Made by a program: the position numbers and the translations under genes
In this document: in pieces, positions 51,201-64,000 of the stretch
How positions within the stretch are numbered: the first letter of the stretch is position 1
Layout of the letters: every line of letters starts with the position of its first letter
NCBI RefSeq assembly: GCF_964355755.1
Contig: NC_092677.1
Location: 21,003,075-21,067,074 of the forward strand
Source of the DNA: Antedon mediterranea
Lineage: Eukaryota > Animalia > Echinodermata
Direction of reading: 5' to 3'
Length of the DNA stretch: 64,000 bases
The notes under the pieces: generated by a model
Databases searched by the model: none
What the model was told of the DNA's origin: nothing
The model's input: the letters and a program-made list of their open reading frames with translations, nothing else

Positions 51201-54200
51201 GTTTACATAAAAACACCAAAGTGCTAAGAATAGCTTCCAATCGCATTTGGAGACGTTTTAGACCCTTTTGTGCATTTCGATGAAACTTGGTTACACAAAA
51301 ACATCAAAGTGCTTAAAATCACATTAGAAACCGTTTTAGACCATTTTGAGCATTTCGTTAAAATTTTTCACAGAAAAACATCAAAGAGCAAAAAATAGCT
51401 TAATATCGTATTTAAAAACGTTTTAGACCATTTTGAGCATTTCGACAAAACTTTTTCACACAAAACATCAAAGTATACAGATAAGCTTCAAATCGCATTT
51501 GGAGACGTTTTAGACCATTTTGTGCATTTTGATGAAACTTGGTTACACAAAAACATCAAAGTGTACAGAATAGCTTCAAATCGCATTAGAAACCGTTTTA
51601 GACCATTTTGAGCATTTCGAAAAAACTTTTTCACACAAAACATCAAAGTGTACAAAATAGCTTCTGGAGACGTTTTAGACCATTTTGTGATTTTCGAAAA
51701 AACTTGTTAACATAAAAACACCAAAGTGCTCAGAATACCTTCAAATCGCATTTGGAGACGTTTTAGACCCTTTTGTGCATTTCGATGAAACTTGGTTACA
51801 CAAAAACATCAAAGTGCTTAAAATCACATTAGAAACCGTTTTAGACCATTTTGAGCATTTCGTTAAAATTTTTCACAGAAAAACATCAAAGAGCAAAAAA
51901 TAGCTTAATATCGTATTTAAAAACGTTTTAGACCATTTTGAGCATTTCGACAAAACTTTTTCACACAAAACATCAAAGTGTACAGAATAGCTTCAAATCG
52001 CATTTGGAGACGTTTTAACCCATTTTGAGCATTTCGATAAAATTTTACACACAAAAACATCAAAGTGCACAAAATAGCTTAATATGGTATTTAAAAACGT
52101 TTTAGACCATTTTGAGCATTTCAACAAAACTTTTTCTCGCAAAACATCAAAGTGTACAGAATAGCTTCAAATCGCATTTGGAGACGTTTTAGACCATTTT
52201 GTGCATTTCGATGAAACTTGGTTACACAAAAACATCAAAGTGCTTAAAATCACATTTTGAGCATTTCGTTAAAACTTTTCACACAAAAACATCAAAGTCC
52301 ACAAAATAGCTTAATATCGTATTTAAAAACGTTTTAGACCATTTTGAGCATTTCGAAAAAACTTTTTCACACAAAACATCAAAGTTTACAAAATAGCTTC
52401 AAATCGCATTTGGAGACGTTTTAGACCATTTTGTGATTTTCGAAAAAACTTGTTAACATAAAAACACCAAAGTGCTCAGAATACCTTCAAATCGTGTTTT
52501 GAGACGTTTTAGACCATTTTGTAATTTTCGAAAAAACTTGTTAACATAAAAACACCAAAGTGCTCAGAATACCTTCACATCGCATTTTGAGACGTTTTAG
52601 ACCATTTTGTGATTTTCGAAAAAACTTGTTAACATAAAAACACCAAAGTGCTTAGAAAAGCTTGAAATCGCATTTGGAGACGTTTTAGACCATTTTGTGC
52701 ATTTCGATGAAACTTGGTTAAAGTGCTTAAAATCACATTTTGAGCATTTCGTTAAAACTTTTCACACAAAAACATCAAAGAGTAAAAAATAGCTTAATAT
52801 CGTATTTAAAAACGTTTTAGACCATTTTGAGCATTTCGACAAAATTTTTTCACACAAAACATCAAAGTGTACAGAATAGCTTTAAATCGCATTTGGAGAC
52901 GTTTTAGACCATTTTGTTCATTTCGATGAAACAAAAACACAAAAACATCAAATTGCACAAAATGGCTTAATATGATATGGGAAAACGTTTTAGACCATTT
53001 TGAACAATTCGTTAAAAGTTTTCACAAAAAAACATCAAAGTCCACAAAATAGCTTAATATCGTATTTAAAAACGTTTTAGACCATTTTGAGCATTTCGAA
53101 AAAACTTTTTCACACAAAACATCAAAGTTTACAAAATAGCTTCAAATCGCATTTGGAGACGTTTTAGACCATTTTGTGATTTTCGAAAAAACTTGTTAAC
53201 ATAAAAACACCAAAGTGCTCAGAATACCTTCAAATCGCATTTTGAGACGTTTTAGACCATTTTGTGATTTTCGAAAAAACTTGTTAACATAAAAACACCA
53301 AAGTGCTCAGAATACCTTCAAATCGTGTTTTGAGACGTTTTAGACCATTTTGTGATTTTGGAAAAACTTGTTAACATAAAAACACCAAAGTGCTCAGAAT
53401 ACCTTCAAATCGCATTTGGAGACGTTTTAGACCATTTTGTGATTTTCGAAAAAACTTGTTAACATAAAAACACCAAAGTGCTCAGAAAAGCTTCAAATCG
53501 CAATTGGAGACGTTTTAAACCATTTTGTTCATTTCGATGAAACTTGGTTACACAAAAACATCAAATTGCACAAAATGGCTTAATATGGTATGGGAAAACG
53601 TTTTAGACCATTTTGAACATTTCGAGAAAACTTTTTCACACAAAACTTCAAAGTGTACAGAATAGCTTCAAATCGCATTAGAAACCGTTTTAGACCATTT
53701 TGAGCATTTCGAAAAAACTTTTTCACACAAAACATCAAAGTTTACAAAATAGCTTCAAATCGCATTTGGAGACGTTTTAGACCATTTTGTGATTTTCGAA
53801 AAAACTTGTTAACATAAAAACACCAAAGTGCTCAGAATACCTTCAAATCGCATTTTGAGACGTTTTAGACCATTTTGTGATTTTCGAAAAAACTTGTTAA
53901 CATAAAAATACCAAAGTGCTCTGAATACCTTCAAATCGTGTTTTGAGACGTTTTAGACCATTTTGTGATTTTCGAAAAAACTTGTTAACATAAAAACACC
54001 AAAGTGCTCAGAATACCTTCAAATCGCATTTGGAGACGTTTTAGACCATTTTGTGATTTTCGAAAAAACTTGTTAACATAAAAACACCAAAGTGCTCAGA
54101 AAAGCTTCAAATCGCATTTGGAGACGTTTTAAACCATTTTGTTCATTTCGATGAAACTTGGTTACACAAAAACATCAAAGAGCACAAAAGTATTTAAAAA

Positions 54201-57200
54201 CGTTTTAGACCATTTTGAGCATTCCGACAAAACTTTTTCACACAAAACATCAAAGTGTACAGAATAGCTTTAAATCGCATTTGGAGACGTTTTAGACCAT
54301 TTTGTAGTTTTCGAAAAAACTTGTTAACATAAAAACACAAAAGAGCTTCAAATCGCATTTGGAGACGTTTTAGACCCTTTTGTGCATTTCGATGAAACTT
54401 GGTTACACAAAAACATCAAAGTGCTTAAAATCACATTAGAAACCGTTTTAGACCATTTTGAGCATTTCGTTAAAACTTTTCACACAAAAACATCAAAGTC
54501 CACAAAATAGCTTAATATCGTATTCAAAAACGTTTTAGACCATTTTGAGCATTTCGAAAAAACTTTTTCACACAAAACATCAAAGTTTACAAAATAGCTT
54601 CAAATCGCATTTGGAGACGTTTTAGACCATTTTGTGATTTTCGAAAAAACTTGTTAACATAAAAACACCAAAGTGCTCAGAATACCTTCAAATCGCATTT
54701 TGAGACGTTTTAGACCATTTTGTGATTTTCGAAAAAACAACATAAAAACACCAAAGTGCTCAGAATACCTTCAAATCGCATTTGGAGACGTTTTAGACCA
54801 TTTTGTGATTTTGGAAAAAACTTGTTAACATAAAAACACCAAAGTGCTCAGAATACCTTCAAATCGTATTTTGAGACGTTTTAGACAATTTTGTGATTTT
54901 CGAAAAAACTTGTTAACATAAAAACACCAAAGTGCTTAGAAAAGCTTCAAATCGCATTTGGAGACGTTTTAGACCATTTTGTGCATTTCGATGAAACTTG
55001 GTTACACAAAAACATCAAAGTGTACAGAATAGCTTCAAATCGCATTAGAAACCGTTTTAGACCATTTTGAGCATTTCGAAAAAACTTTTTCACACAAAAC
55101 ATCAAAGTGTACAAAATAGCTTCAAATCGCATTTGGAGACGTTTTAGACAATTTTGTGATTTTCGAAAAAACTTGTTTACATAAAAACACCAAAGTGCTA
55201 AGAATAGCTTCCAATCGCATTTGGAGACGTTTTAGACCCTTTTGTGCATTTCGATGAAACTTGGTTACACAAAAACATCAAAGTGCTTAAAATCACATTA
55301 GAAACCGTTTTAGACCATTTTGAGCATTTCGTTAAAATTTTTCACAGAAAAACATCAAAGAGCAAAAAATAGCTTAATATCGTATTTAAAAACGTTTTAG
55401 ACCATTTTGAGCATTTCGACAAAACTTTTTCACACAAAACATCAAAGTATACAGATAAGCTTCAAATCGCATTTGGAGACGTTTTAAACCATTTTGAGCA
55501 TTTCGATAAAATTTTACACACAAAAACATCAAAGTGCACAAAATAGCTTAATATGGTATTTAAAAACGTTTTAGACCATTTTGAGCATTTCAACAAAACT
55601 TTTTCTCACAAAACATCAAAGTGTACAGAATAGCTTCAAATCGCATTTGGAGACGTTTTAGACCATTTTGTGCATTTCGATGAAACTTGGTTACACAAAA
55701 ACATCAAAGTGCTTAAAATCACATTTTGAGCATTTCGTTAAAACTTTTCACACAAAAACATCAAAGTCCACAAAATAGCTTAATATCGTATTTAAAAACG
55801 TTTTAGACCATTTTGAGCCTTTTCGAAAAAACTTGTTAACATAAAAACACCAAAGTGCTCAGAATACCTTCAAATCGTGTTTTGAGACGTTTTAGACCGT
55901 TTTGTAATTTTCGAAAAAACTTGTTAACATAAAAACACCAAAGTGCTCAGAATACCTTCACATCGCATTTTGAGACGTTTTAGACCATTTTGTGATTTTC
56001 GAAAAAACTTGTTAACATAAAAACACCAAAGTGCTTAGAAAAGCTTGAAATCGCATTTGGAGACGTTTTAGACCATTTTGTGCATTTCGATGAAACTTGG
56101 TTAAAGTGCTTAAAATCACATTTTGAGCATTTCGTTAAAACTTTTCACACAAAAACATCAAAGAGTAAAAAATAGCTTAATATCGTATTTAAAAACGTTT
56201 TAGACCATTTTGAGCATTTCGACAAAATTTTTTCACACAAAACATCAAAGTGTACAGAATAGCTTTAAATCGCATTTGGAGACGTTTTAGACCATTTTGT
56301 TCATTTCGATGAAACAAAAACACAAAAACATCAAATTGCACAAAATGGCTTAATATGATATGGGAAAACGTTTTAGACCATTTTGAACATTTCGTTAAAA
56401 GTTTTCACAAAAAAACATCAAAGTCCACAAAATAGCTTAATATCGTATTTAAAAACGTTTTAGACCATTTTGAGCATTTCGAAAAAACTTTTTCACACAA
56501 AACATCAAAGTTTACAAAATAGCTTCAAATCGCATTTGGAGACGTTTTAGACCATTTTGTGATTTTCGAAAAAACTTGTTAACATAAAAACACCAAAGTG
56601 CTCAGAATACCTTCAAATCGCATTTTGAGACGTTTTAGACCATTTTGTGATTTTCGAAAAAACTTGTTAACATAAAAACACCAAAGTGCTCAGAATACCT
56701 TCAAATCGTGTTTTGAGACGTTTTAGACCATTTTGTGATTTTGGAAAAACTTGTTAACATAAAAACACCAAAGTGCTCAGAATACCTTCAAATCGCATTT
56801 GGAGACGTTTTAGACCATTTTGTGATTTTCGAAAAAACTTGTTAACATAAAAACACCAAAGTGCTCAGAAAAGCTTCAAATCGCAATTGGAGACGTTTTA
56901 AACCATTTTGTTCATTTCGATGAAACTTGGTTACACAAAAACATCAAATTGCACAAAATGGCTTAATATGGTATGGGAAAACGTTTTAGACCAGTTTGAA
57001 CATTTCGAGAAAACTTTTTCACACAAAACTTCAAAGTGTACAGAATAGCTTCAAATCGCATTAGAAACCGTTTTAGACCATTTTGAGCATTTCGAAAAAA
57101 ACTTTTTCACACAAAACATCAAAGTTTACAAAATAGCTTCAAATCGCATTTGGAGACGTTTTAGACCATTTTGTGATTTTCGAAAAAACTTGTTAACATA

Positions 57201-60200
57201 AAAACACCAAAGTGCTCAGAATACCTTCAAATCGCATTTTGAGACGTTTTAGACCATTTTGTGATTTTCGAAAAAACTTGTTAACATAAAAATACCAAAG
57301 TGCTCAGAATACCTTCAAATCGTGTTTTGAGACGTTTTAGACCATTTTGTGATTTTCGAAAAAACTTGTTAACATAAAAACACCAAAGTGCTCAGAATAC
57401 CTTCAAATCGCATTTGGAGACGTTTTAGACCATTTTGTGATTTTCGAAAAAACTTGTTAACATAAAAACACCAAAGTGCTCAGAATACCTTCAAATCGCA
57501 TTTGGAGACGTTTTAGACCATTTTGTGATTTTCGAAAAAACTTGTTAACATAAAAACACCAAAGTGCTCAGAAAAGCTTCAAATCGCAATTGGAGACGTT
57601 TTAAACCATTTTGTTCATTTCGATGAAACTTGGTTACACAAAAACATCAAAGAGCACAAAAGTATTTAAAAACGTTTTAGACCATTTTGAGCATTCCGAC
57701 AAAACTTTTTCACACAAAACATCAAAGTGTACAGAATAGCTTTAAATCGCATTTGGAGACGTTTTAGACCATTTTGTAGTTTTCGAAAAAACTTGTTAAC
57801 ATAAAAACACAAAAGAGCTTCAAATCGCATTTGGAGACGTTTTAGACCCTTTTGTGCATTTCGATGAAACTTGGTTACACAAAAACATCAAAGTGCTTAA
57901 AATCACATTAGAAACCGTTTTAGACCATTTTGAGCATTTCGTTAAAACTTTTCACACAAAAACATCAAAGTCCACAAAATAGCTTAATATCGTTTTCAAA
58001 AACGTTTTAGACCATTTTGAGCATTTCGAAAAAACTTTTTCACACAAAACATCAAAGTTTACAAAATAGCTTCAAATCGCATTTGGAGACGTTTTAGACC
58101 ATTTTGTGATTTTCGAAAAAACTTGTTAACATAAAAACACCAAAGTGCTCAGAATACCTTCAAATCGCATTTGGAGACGTTTTAGACCATTTTGTGATTT
58201 TCGAAAAAACTTGTTAACATAAAAACACCAAAGTGCTTAGAAAAGCTTCAAATCGCATTTGGAGACGTTTTAGACCATTTTGTGCATTTCGATGAAACTT
58301 GGTTACACAAAAACATCAAAGTGTTTAAAATCACATTTTGAGCATTTCGTTAAAACTTTTCACACAAAAACATCAAAGAGCAAAAAATAGCTTAATATCG
58401 TATTTAAAAACGTTTTAGACCATTTTGAGCATTTCGACAAAACTTTTTCACACAAAACATCAAAGTGTACAAAATAGCTTCAAATCGCATTTGGAGACGT
58501 TTTAGACCATTTTGTGATTTTCGAAAAAACAACATAAAAACACCAAAGTGCTCAGAATACCTTCAAATCGCATTTGGAGACGTTTTAGACCATTTTGTGA
58601 TTTTGGAAAAAACTTGTTAACATAAAAACACCAAAGTGCTCAGAATACCTTCAAATCGTATTTTGAGACGTTTTAGACAATTTTGTGATTTTCGAAAAAA
58701 CTTGTTAACATAAAAACACCAAAGTGCTTAGAAAAGCTTCAAATCGCATTTGGAGACGTTTTAGACCATTTTGTGATTTTCGAAAAAACTTGTTAACATA
58801 AAAACACCAAAGTGCTCAGAATACCTTCAAATTGTATTTTGAGACGTTTTAGACAATTTTGTGATTTTCGAAAAAACTTGTTAACATAAAAACACCAAAG
58901 TGCTTAGAAAAGCTTCAAATCGCATTTGGAGACGTTTTAGACCATTTTGTGCATTTCGATGAAACTTGGTTACACAAAAACATCAAAGTGCTTAAAATCA
59001 CATTTTGAGCATTTCGTTAAAACTTTTCACACAAAAACAACAAAGAGCAAAAAATAGCTTAATATCGTATTTAAAAACGTTTTAGACCATTTTGAGCATT
59101 TCGACAAAACTTTTTCACACAAAACATCAAAGTGTACAAAATAGCTTCAAATCGCATTTGGAGACGTTTTAGACAATTTTGTGATTTTCGAAAAAACTTG
59201 TTTACATAAAAACACCAAAGTGCTAAGAATAGCTTCCAATCGCATTTGGAGACGTTTTAGACCCTTTTGTGCATTTCGATGAAACTTGGTTACACAAAAA
59301 CATCAAAGTGCTTAAAATCACATTAGAAACCGTTTTAGAACATTTTGAGCATTTCGTTAAAATTTTTCACAGAAAAACATCAAAGAGCAAAAAATAGCTT
59401 AATATCGTATTTAAAAACGTTTTAGACCATTTTGAGCATTTCGACAAAACTTTTTCACACAAAACAACAAAGTGTACAGAATAGCTTCAAATCGCATTTG
59501 GAGACGTTTTAACCCATTTTGAGCATTTCGATAAAATTTTACACACAAAAACATCAAAGTGCACAAAATAGCTTAATATGGTATTTAAAAACGTTTTAGA
59601 CCATTTTGAGCATTTCAACAAAACTTTTTCTCACAAAACATCAAAGTGTACAGAATAGCTTCAAATCGCATTTGGAGACGTTTTAGACCATTTTGTGCAT
59701 TTCGATGAAACTTGGTTACACAAAAACATCAAAGTGCTTAAAATCACATTTTGAGCATTTCGTTAAAACTCTTCACACAAAAACATCAAAGTCCACAAAA
59801 TAGCTTAATATCGTATTTAAAAACGTTTTAGACCATTTTGAGCATTTCGAAAAAACTTTTCCACACAAAACATCAAAGTTTACAAAATAGCTTCAAATCG
59901 CATTTGGAGACGTTTTAGACCATTTTGTGATTTTCGAAAAAACTTGTTAGCATAAAAACACCAAAGTGCTCAGAATACCTTCAAATCGCATTTGGAGACG
60001 TTTTAGACCCTTTTGTGCATTTCGATGAAACTTGGTTACACAAAAATATCAAAGTGCTTAAAATCACATTAGAAACCGTTTTAGACCATTTTGAGCATTT
60101 CGTTAAAATTTTTCACAGAAAAACATCAAAGAGCAAAAAATAGCTTAATATCGTATTTAAAAACGTTTTAGACCATTTTGAGCATTTCGACAAAACTTTT

Positions 60201-60500
60201 TCACACAAAACATCAAAGTGTACAGAATAGCTTCAAATCGCATTTGGAGACGTTTTAACCCATTTTGAGCATTTCGATAAAATTTTACACACAAAAACAT
60301 CAAAGTGCACAAAATAGCTTAATATGGTATTTAAAAACGTTTTAGACCATTTTGAGCATTTCAACAAAACTTTTTCTCGCAAAACATCAAAGTGTACAGA
60401 ATAGCTTCAAATCGCATTTGGAGACGTTTTAGACCATTTTGTGCATTTCGATGAAACTTGGTTACACAAAAACATCAAAGTGCTTAAAATCACATTTTGA
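33300..60500 (+). repeat. Long-range block duplication: ~33.3-42 kb corresponds to ~51.5-60.5 kb (offset ~18.2-18.4 kb)
   Basis: Private 10-bp deletion GCTTCTGGAG at 33451 and 51660. Markers 34657/52925 and ORFs 36679/54947 are both offset by 18268. GTGTTTAAAATC at 39879/58321. Boundaries approximate. Confidence 0.8.
37540..46000 (+). repeat. Tandem ~4.6-kb HOR duplication
   Basis: ORFs 38418/43015, markers 37953/42550 and the private variant AGCTTGAAATTGC (37774/42371) are all offset by 4597. ATCATAGTGC is shared at 41111/45796. Boundaries approximate. Confidence 0.8.
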
Positions 60501-63500
60501 GCATTTCGTTAAAACTTTTCACACAAAAACATCAAAGTCCACAAAATAGCTTAATATCGTATTTAAAAACGTTTTAGACCATTTTGAGCATTTCGAAAAA
60601 ACTTTTCCACACAAAACATCAAAGTTTACAAAATAGCTTCAAATCGCATTTGGAGACGTTTTAGACCATTTTGTGATTTTCGAAAAAACTTGTTAACATA
60701 AAAACACCAAAGTGCTCAGAATACCTTCAAATCGTGTTTTGAGACGTTTTAGACCATTTTGTAATTTTCGAAAAAACTTGTTAACATAAAAACACCAAAG
60801 TGCTCAGAATACCTTCACATCGCATTTTGAGACGTTTTAGACCATTTTGTGATTTTCGAAAAAACTTGTTAACATAAAAACACCAAAGTGCTTAGAAAAG
60901 CTTGAAATCGCATTTGGAGACGTTTTAGACCATTTTGTGCATTTCGATGAAACTTGGTTAAAGTGCTTAAAATCACATTTTGAGCATTTCGTTAAAACTT
61001 TTCACACAAAAACATCAAAGAGTAAAAAATAGCTTAATATCGTATTTAAAAACGTTTTAGACCATTTTGAGCATTTCGACAAAATTTTTTCACACAAAAC
61101 ATCAAAGTGTACAGAATAGCTTTAAATCGCATTTGGAGACGTTTTAGACCATTTTGTTCATTTCGATGAAACAAAAACACAAAAACATCAAATTGCACAA
61201 AATGGCTTAATATGATATGGGAAAACATTTTAGACCATTTTGAACATTTCGTTAAAAGTTTTCACAAAAAAACATCAAAGTCCACAAAATAGCTTAATAT
61301 CGTATTTAAAAACGTTTTAGACCATTTTGAGCATTTCGAAAAAACTTTTTCACACAAAACATCAAAGTTTACAAAATAGCTTCAAATCGCATTTGGAGAC
61401 GTTTTAGACCATTTTGTGATTTTCGAAAAAACTTGTTAACATAAAAACACCAAAGTGCTCAGAATACCTTCAAATCGCATTTTGAGACGTTTTAGACCAT
61501 TTTGTGATTTTCGAAAAAACTTGTTAACATAAAAACACCAAAGTGCTCAGAATACCTTCAAATCGTGTTTTGAGACGTTTTAGACCATTTTGTGATTTTG
61601 GAAAAACTTGTTAACATAAAAACACCAAAGTGCTCAGAATACCTTCAAATCGCATTCGGAGACGTTTTAGACCATTTTGTGATTTTCGAAAAAACTTGTT
61701 AACATAAAAACACCAAAGTGCTCAGAAAAGCTTCAAATCGCAATTGGAGACGTTTTAAACCATTTTGTTCATTTCGATGAAACTTGGTTACACAAAAACA
61801 TCAAATTGCACAAAATGGCTTAATATGGTATGGGAAAACGTTTTAGACCATTTTGAACATTTCGAGAAAACTTTTTCACACAAAACTTCAAAGTGTACAG
61901 AATAGCTTCAAATCGCATTAGAAACCGTTTTAGACCATTTTGAGCATTTCGAAAAAACTTTTTCACACAAAACATCAAAGTTTACAAAATAGCTTCAAAT
62001 CGCATTTGGAGACGTTTTAGACCATTTTGTGATTTTCGAAAAAACTTGTTAACATAAAAACACCAAAGTGCTCAGAATACCTTCAAATCGCATTTTGAGA
62101 CGTTTTAGACCATTTTGTGATTTTCGAAAAAACTTGTTAACATAAAAATACCAAAGTGCTCTGAATACCTTCAAATCGTGTTTTGAGACGTTTTAGACCA
62201 TTTTGTGATTTTCGAAAAAACTTGTTAACATAAAAACACCAAAGTGCTCAGAATACCTTCAAATCGCATTTGGAGACGTTTTAGACCATTTTGTGATTTT
62301 CGAAAAAACTTGTTAACATAAAAACACCAAAGTGCTCAGAAAAGCTTCAAATCGCATTTGGAGACGTTTTAAACCATTTTGTTCATTTCGATGAAACTTG
62401 GTTACACAAAAACATCAAAGAGCACAAAAGTATTTAAAAACGTTTTAGACCATTTTGAGCATTCCGACAAAACTTTTTCACACAAAACATCAAAGTGTAC
62501 AGAATAGCTTTAAATCGCATTTGGAGACGTTTTAGACCATTTTGTAGTTTTCGAAAAAACTTGTTAACATAAAAACACAAAAGAGCTTCAAATCGCATTT
62601 GGAGACGTTTTAGACCCTTTTGTGCATTTCGATGAAACTTGGTTACACAAAAACATCAAAGTGCTTAAAATCACATTAGAAACCGTTTTAGACCATTTTG
62701 AGCATTTCGTTAAAACTTTTCACACAAAAACATCAAAGTCCACAAAATAGCTTAATATCGTATTCAAAAACGTTTTAGACCATTTTGAGCATTTCGAAAA
62801 AACTTTTTCACACAAAACATCAAAGTTTACAAAATAGCTTCAAATCGCATTTGGAGACGTTTTAGACCATTTTGTGATTTTCGAAAAAACTTGTTAACAT
62901 AAAAACACCAAAGTGCTCAGAATACCTTCAAATCGCATTTTGAGACGTTTTAGACCATTTTGTGATTTTCGAAAAAACAACATAAAAACACCAAAGTGCT
63001 CAGAATACCTTCAAATCGCATTTGGAGACGTTTTAGACCATTTTGTGATTTTGGAAAAAACTTGTTAACATAAAAACACCAAAGTGCTCAGAATACCTTC
63101 AAATCGTATTTTGAGACGTTTTAGACAATTTTGTGATTTTCGAAAAAACTTGTTAACATAAAAACACCAAAGTGCTTAGAAAAGCTTCAAATCGCATTTG
63201 GAGACGTTTTAGACCATTTTGTGCATTTCGATGAAACTTTGTTACACAAAAACATCAAAGTGTACAGAATAGCTTCAAATCGCATTAGAAACCGTTTTAG
63301 ACCATTTTGAGCATTTCGAAAAAACTTTTCCACACAAAACATCAAAGTTTACAAAATAGCTTCAAATCGCATTTGGAGACGTTTTAGACCATTTTGTGAT
63401 TTTCGAAAAAACTTGTTAACATAAAAACACCAAAGTGCTCAGAATACCTTCAAATCGCATTTGGAGACGTTTTAGACCCTTTTGTGCATTTCGATGAAAC

Positions 63501-64000
63501 TTGGTTACACAAAAACATCAAAGTGCTTAAAATCACATTAGAAACCGTTTTAGACCATTTTGAGCATTTCGTTAAAATTTTTCACAGAAAAACATCAAAG
63601 AGCAAAAAATAGCTTAATATCGTATTTAAAAACGTTTTAGACCATTTTGAGCATTTCGACAAAACTTTTTCACACAAAACATCAAAGTGTACAGAATAGC
63701 TTCAAATCGCATTTGGAGACGTTTTAACCCATTTTGAGCATTTCGATAAAATTTTACACACAAAAACATCAAAGTGCACAAAATAGCTTAATATGGTATT
63801 TAAAAACGTTTTAGACCATTTTGAGCATTTCAACAAAACTTTTTCTCGCAAAACATCAAAGTGTACAGAATAGCTTCAAATCGCATTTGGAGACGTTTTA
63901 GACCATTTTGTGCATTTCGATGAAACTTGGTTACACAAAAACATCAAAGTGCTTAAAATCACATTTTGAGCATTTCGTTAAAACTTTTCACACAAAAACA

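Larger units (their letters stand above)
8126..64000 (+). repeat. Satellite DNA array, ~88-bp monomer with higher-order structure (right segment, runs off the window)
   Basis: Same monomer families in the same orientation throughout. I saw no inversion and no second foreign insertion. Confidence 0.98.

Noticed and set aside
8219-61228. Recurrent 60-84 aa ORFs in the satellite (MRFEAILYTLMF..., MLRIPSNRIW...)
   Set aside because: Chance open frames across 87/88-bp monomers. They repeat with the HOR, have no domain-like content and show no gene context.

Overview
Eukaryotic-style satellite DNA with no credible protein-coding or RNA gene. About 95% of the window (1-4755 and 8126-64000) is a single-orientation, AT-rich tandem array of an ~88-bp monomer (variants ~58-88 bp). 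The monomers form variable 3-5 kb higher-order repeats (HORs) plus larger nested duplications (offsets 7486, 4597 and ~18.2-18.4 kb). The array is interrupted once, at 4756-8125, by a 3370-bp non-coding foldback DNA transposon with TGT...ACA ends and a TACCT target-site duplication (the empty site is visible at 15612-15616). Its ~845-bp modular inverted arms each carry 12 CCACAAATGT boxes, a unique segment and ~120-bp repeats rich in CAAGGTCA, around an AT-rich core. Two points stand out. The element has diverged arms yet appears to have inserted very recently, implying mobilisation in trans by a transposase not encoded here. The satellite monomer is itself a decayed inverted repeat. Organism, centromere function and transposon superfamily cannot be established from this window; all alignments and counts were done by eye.
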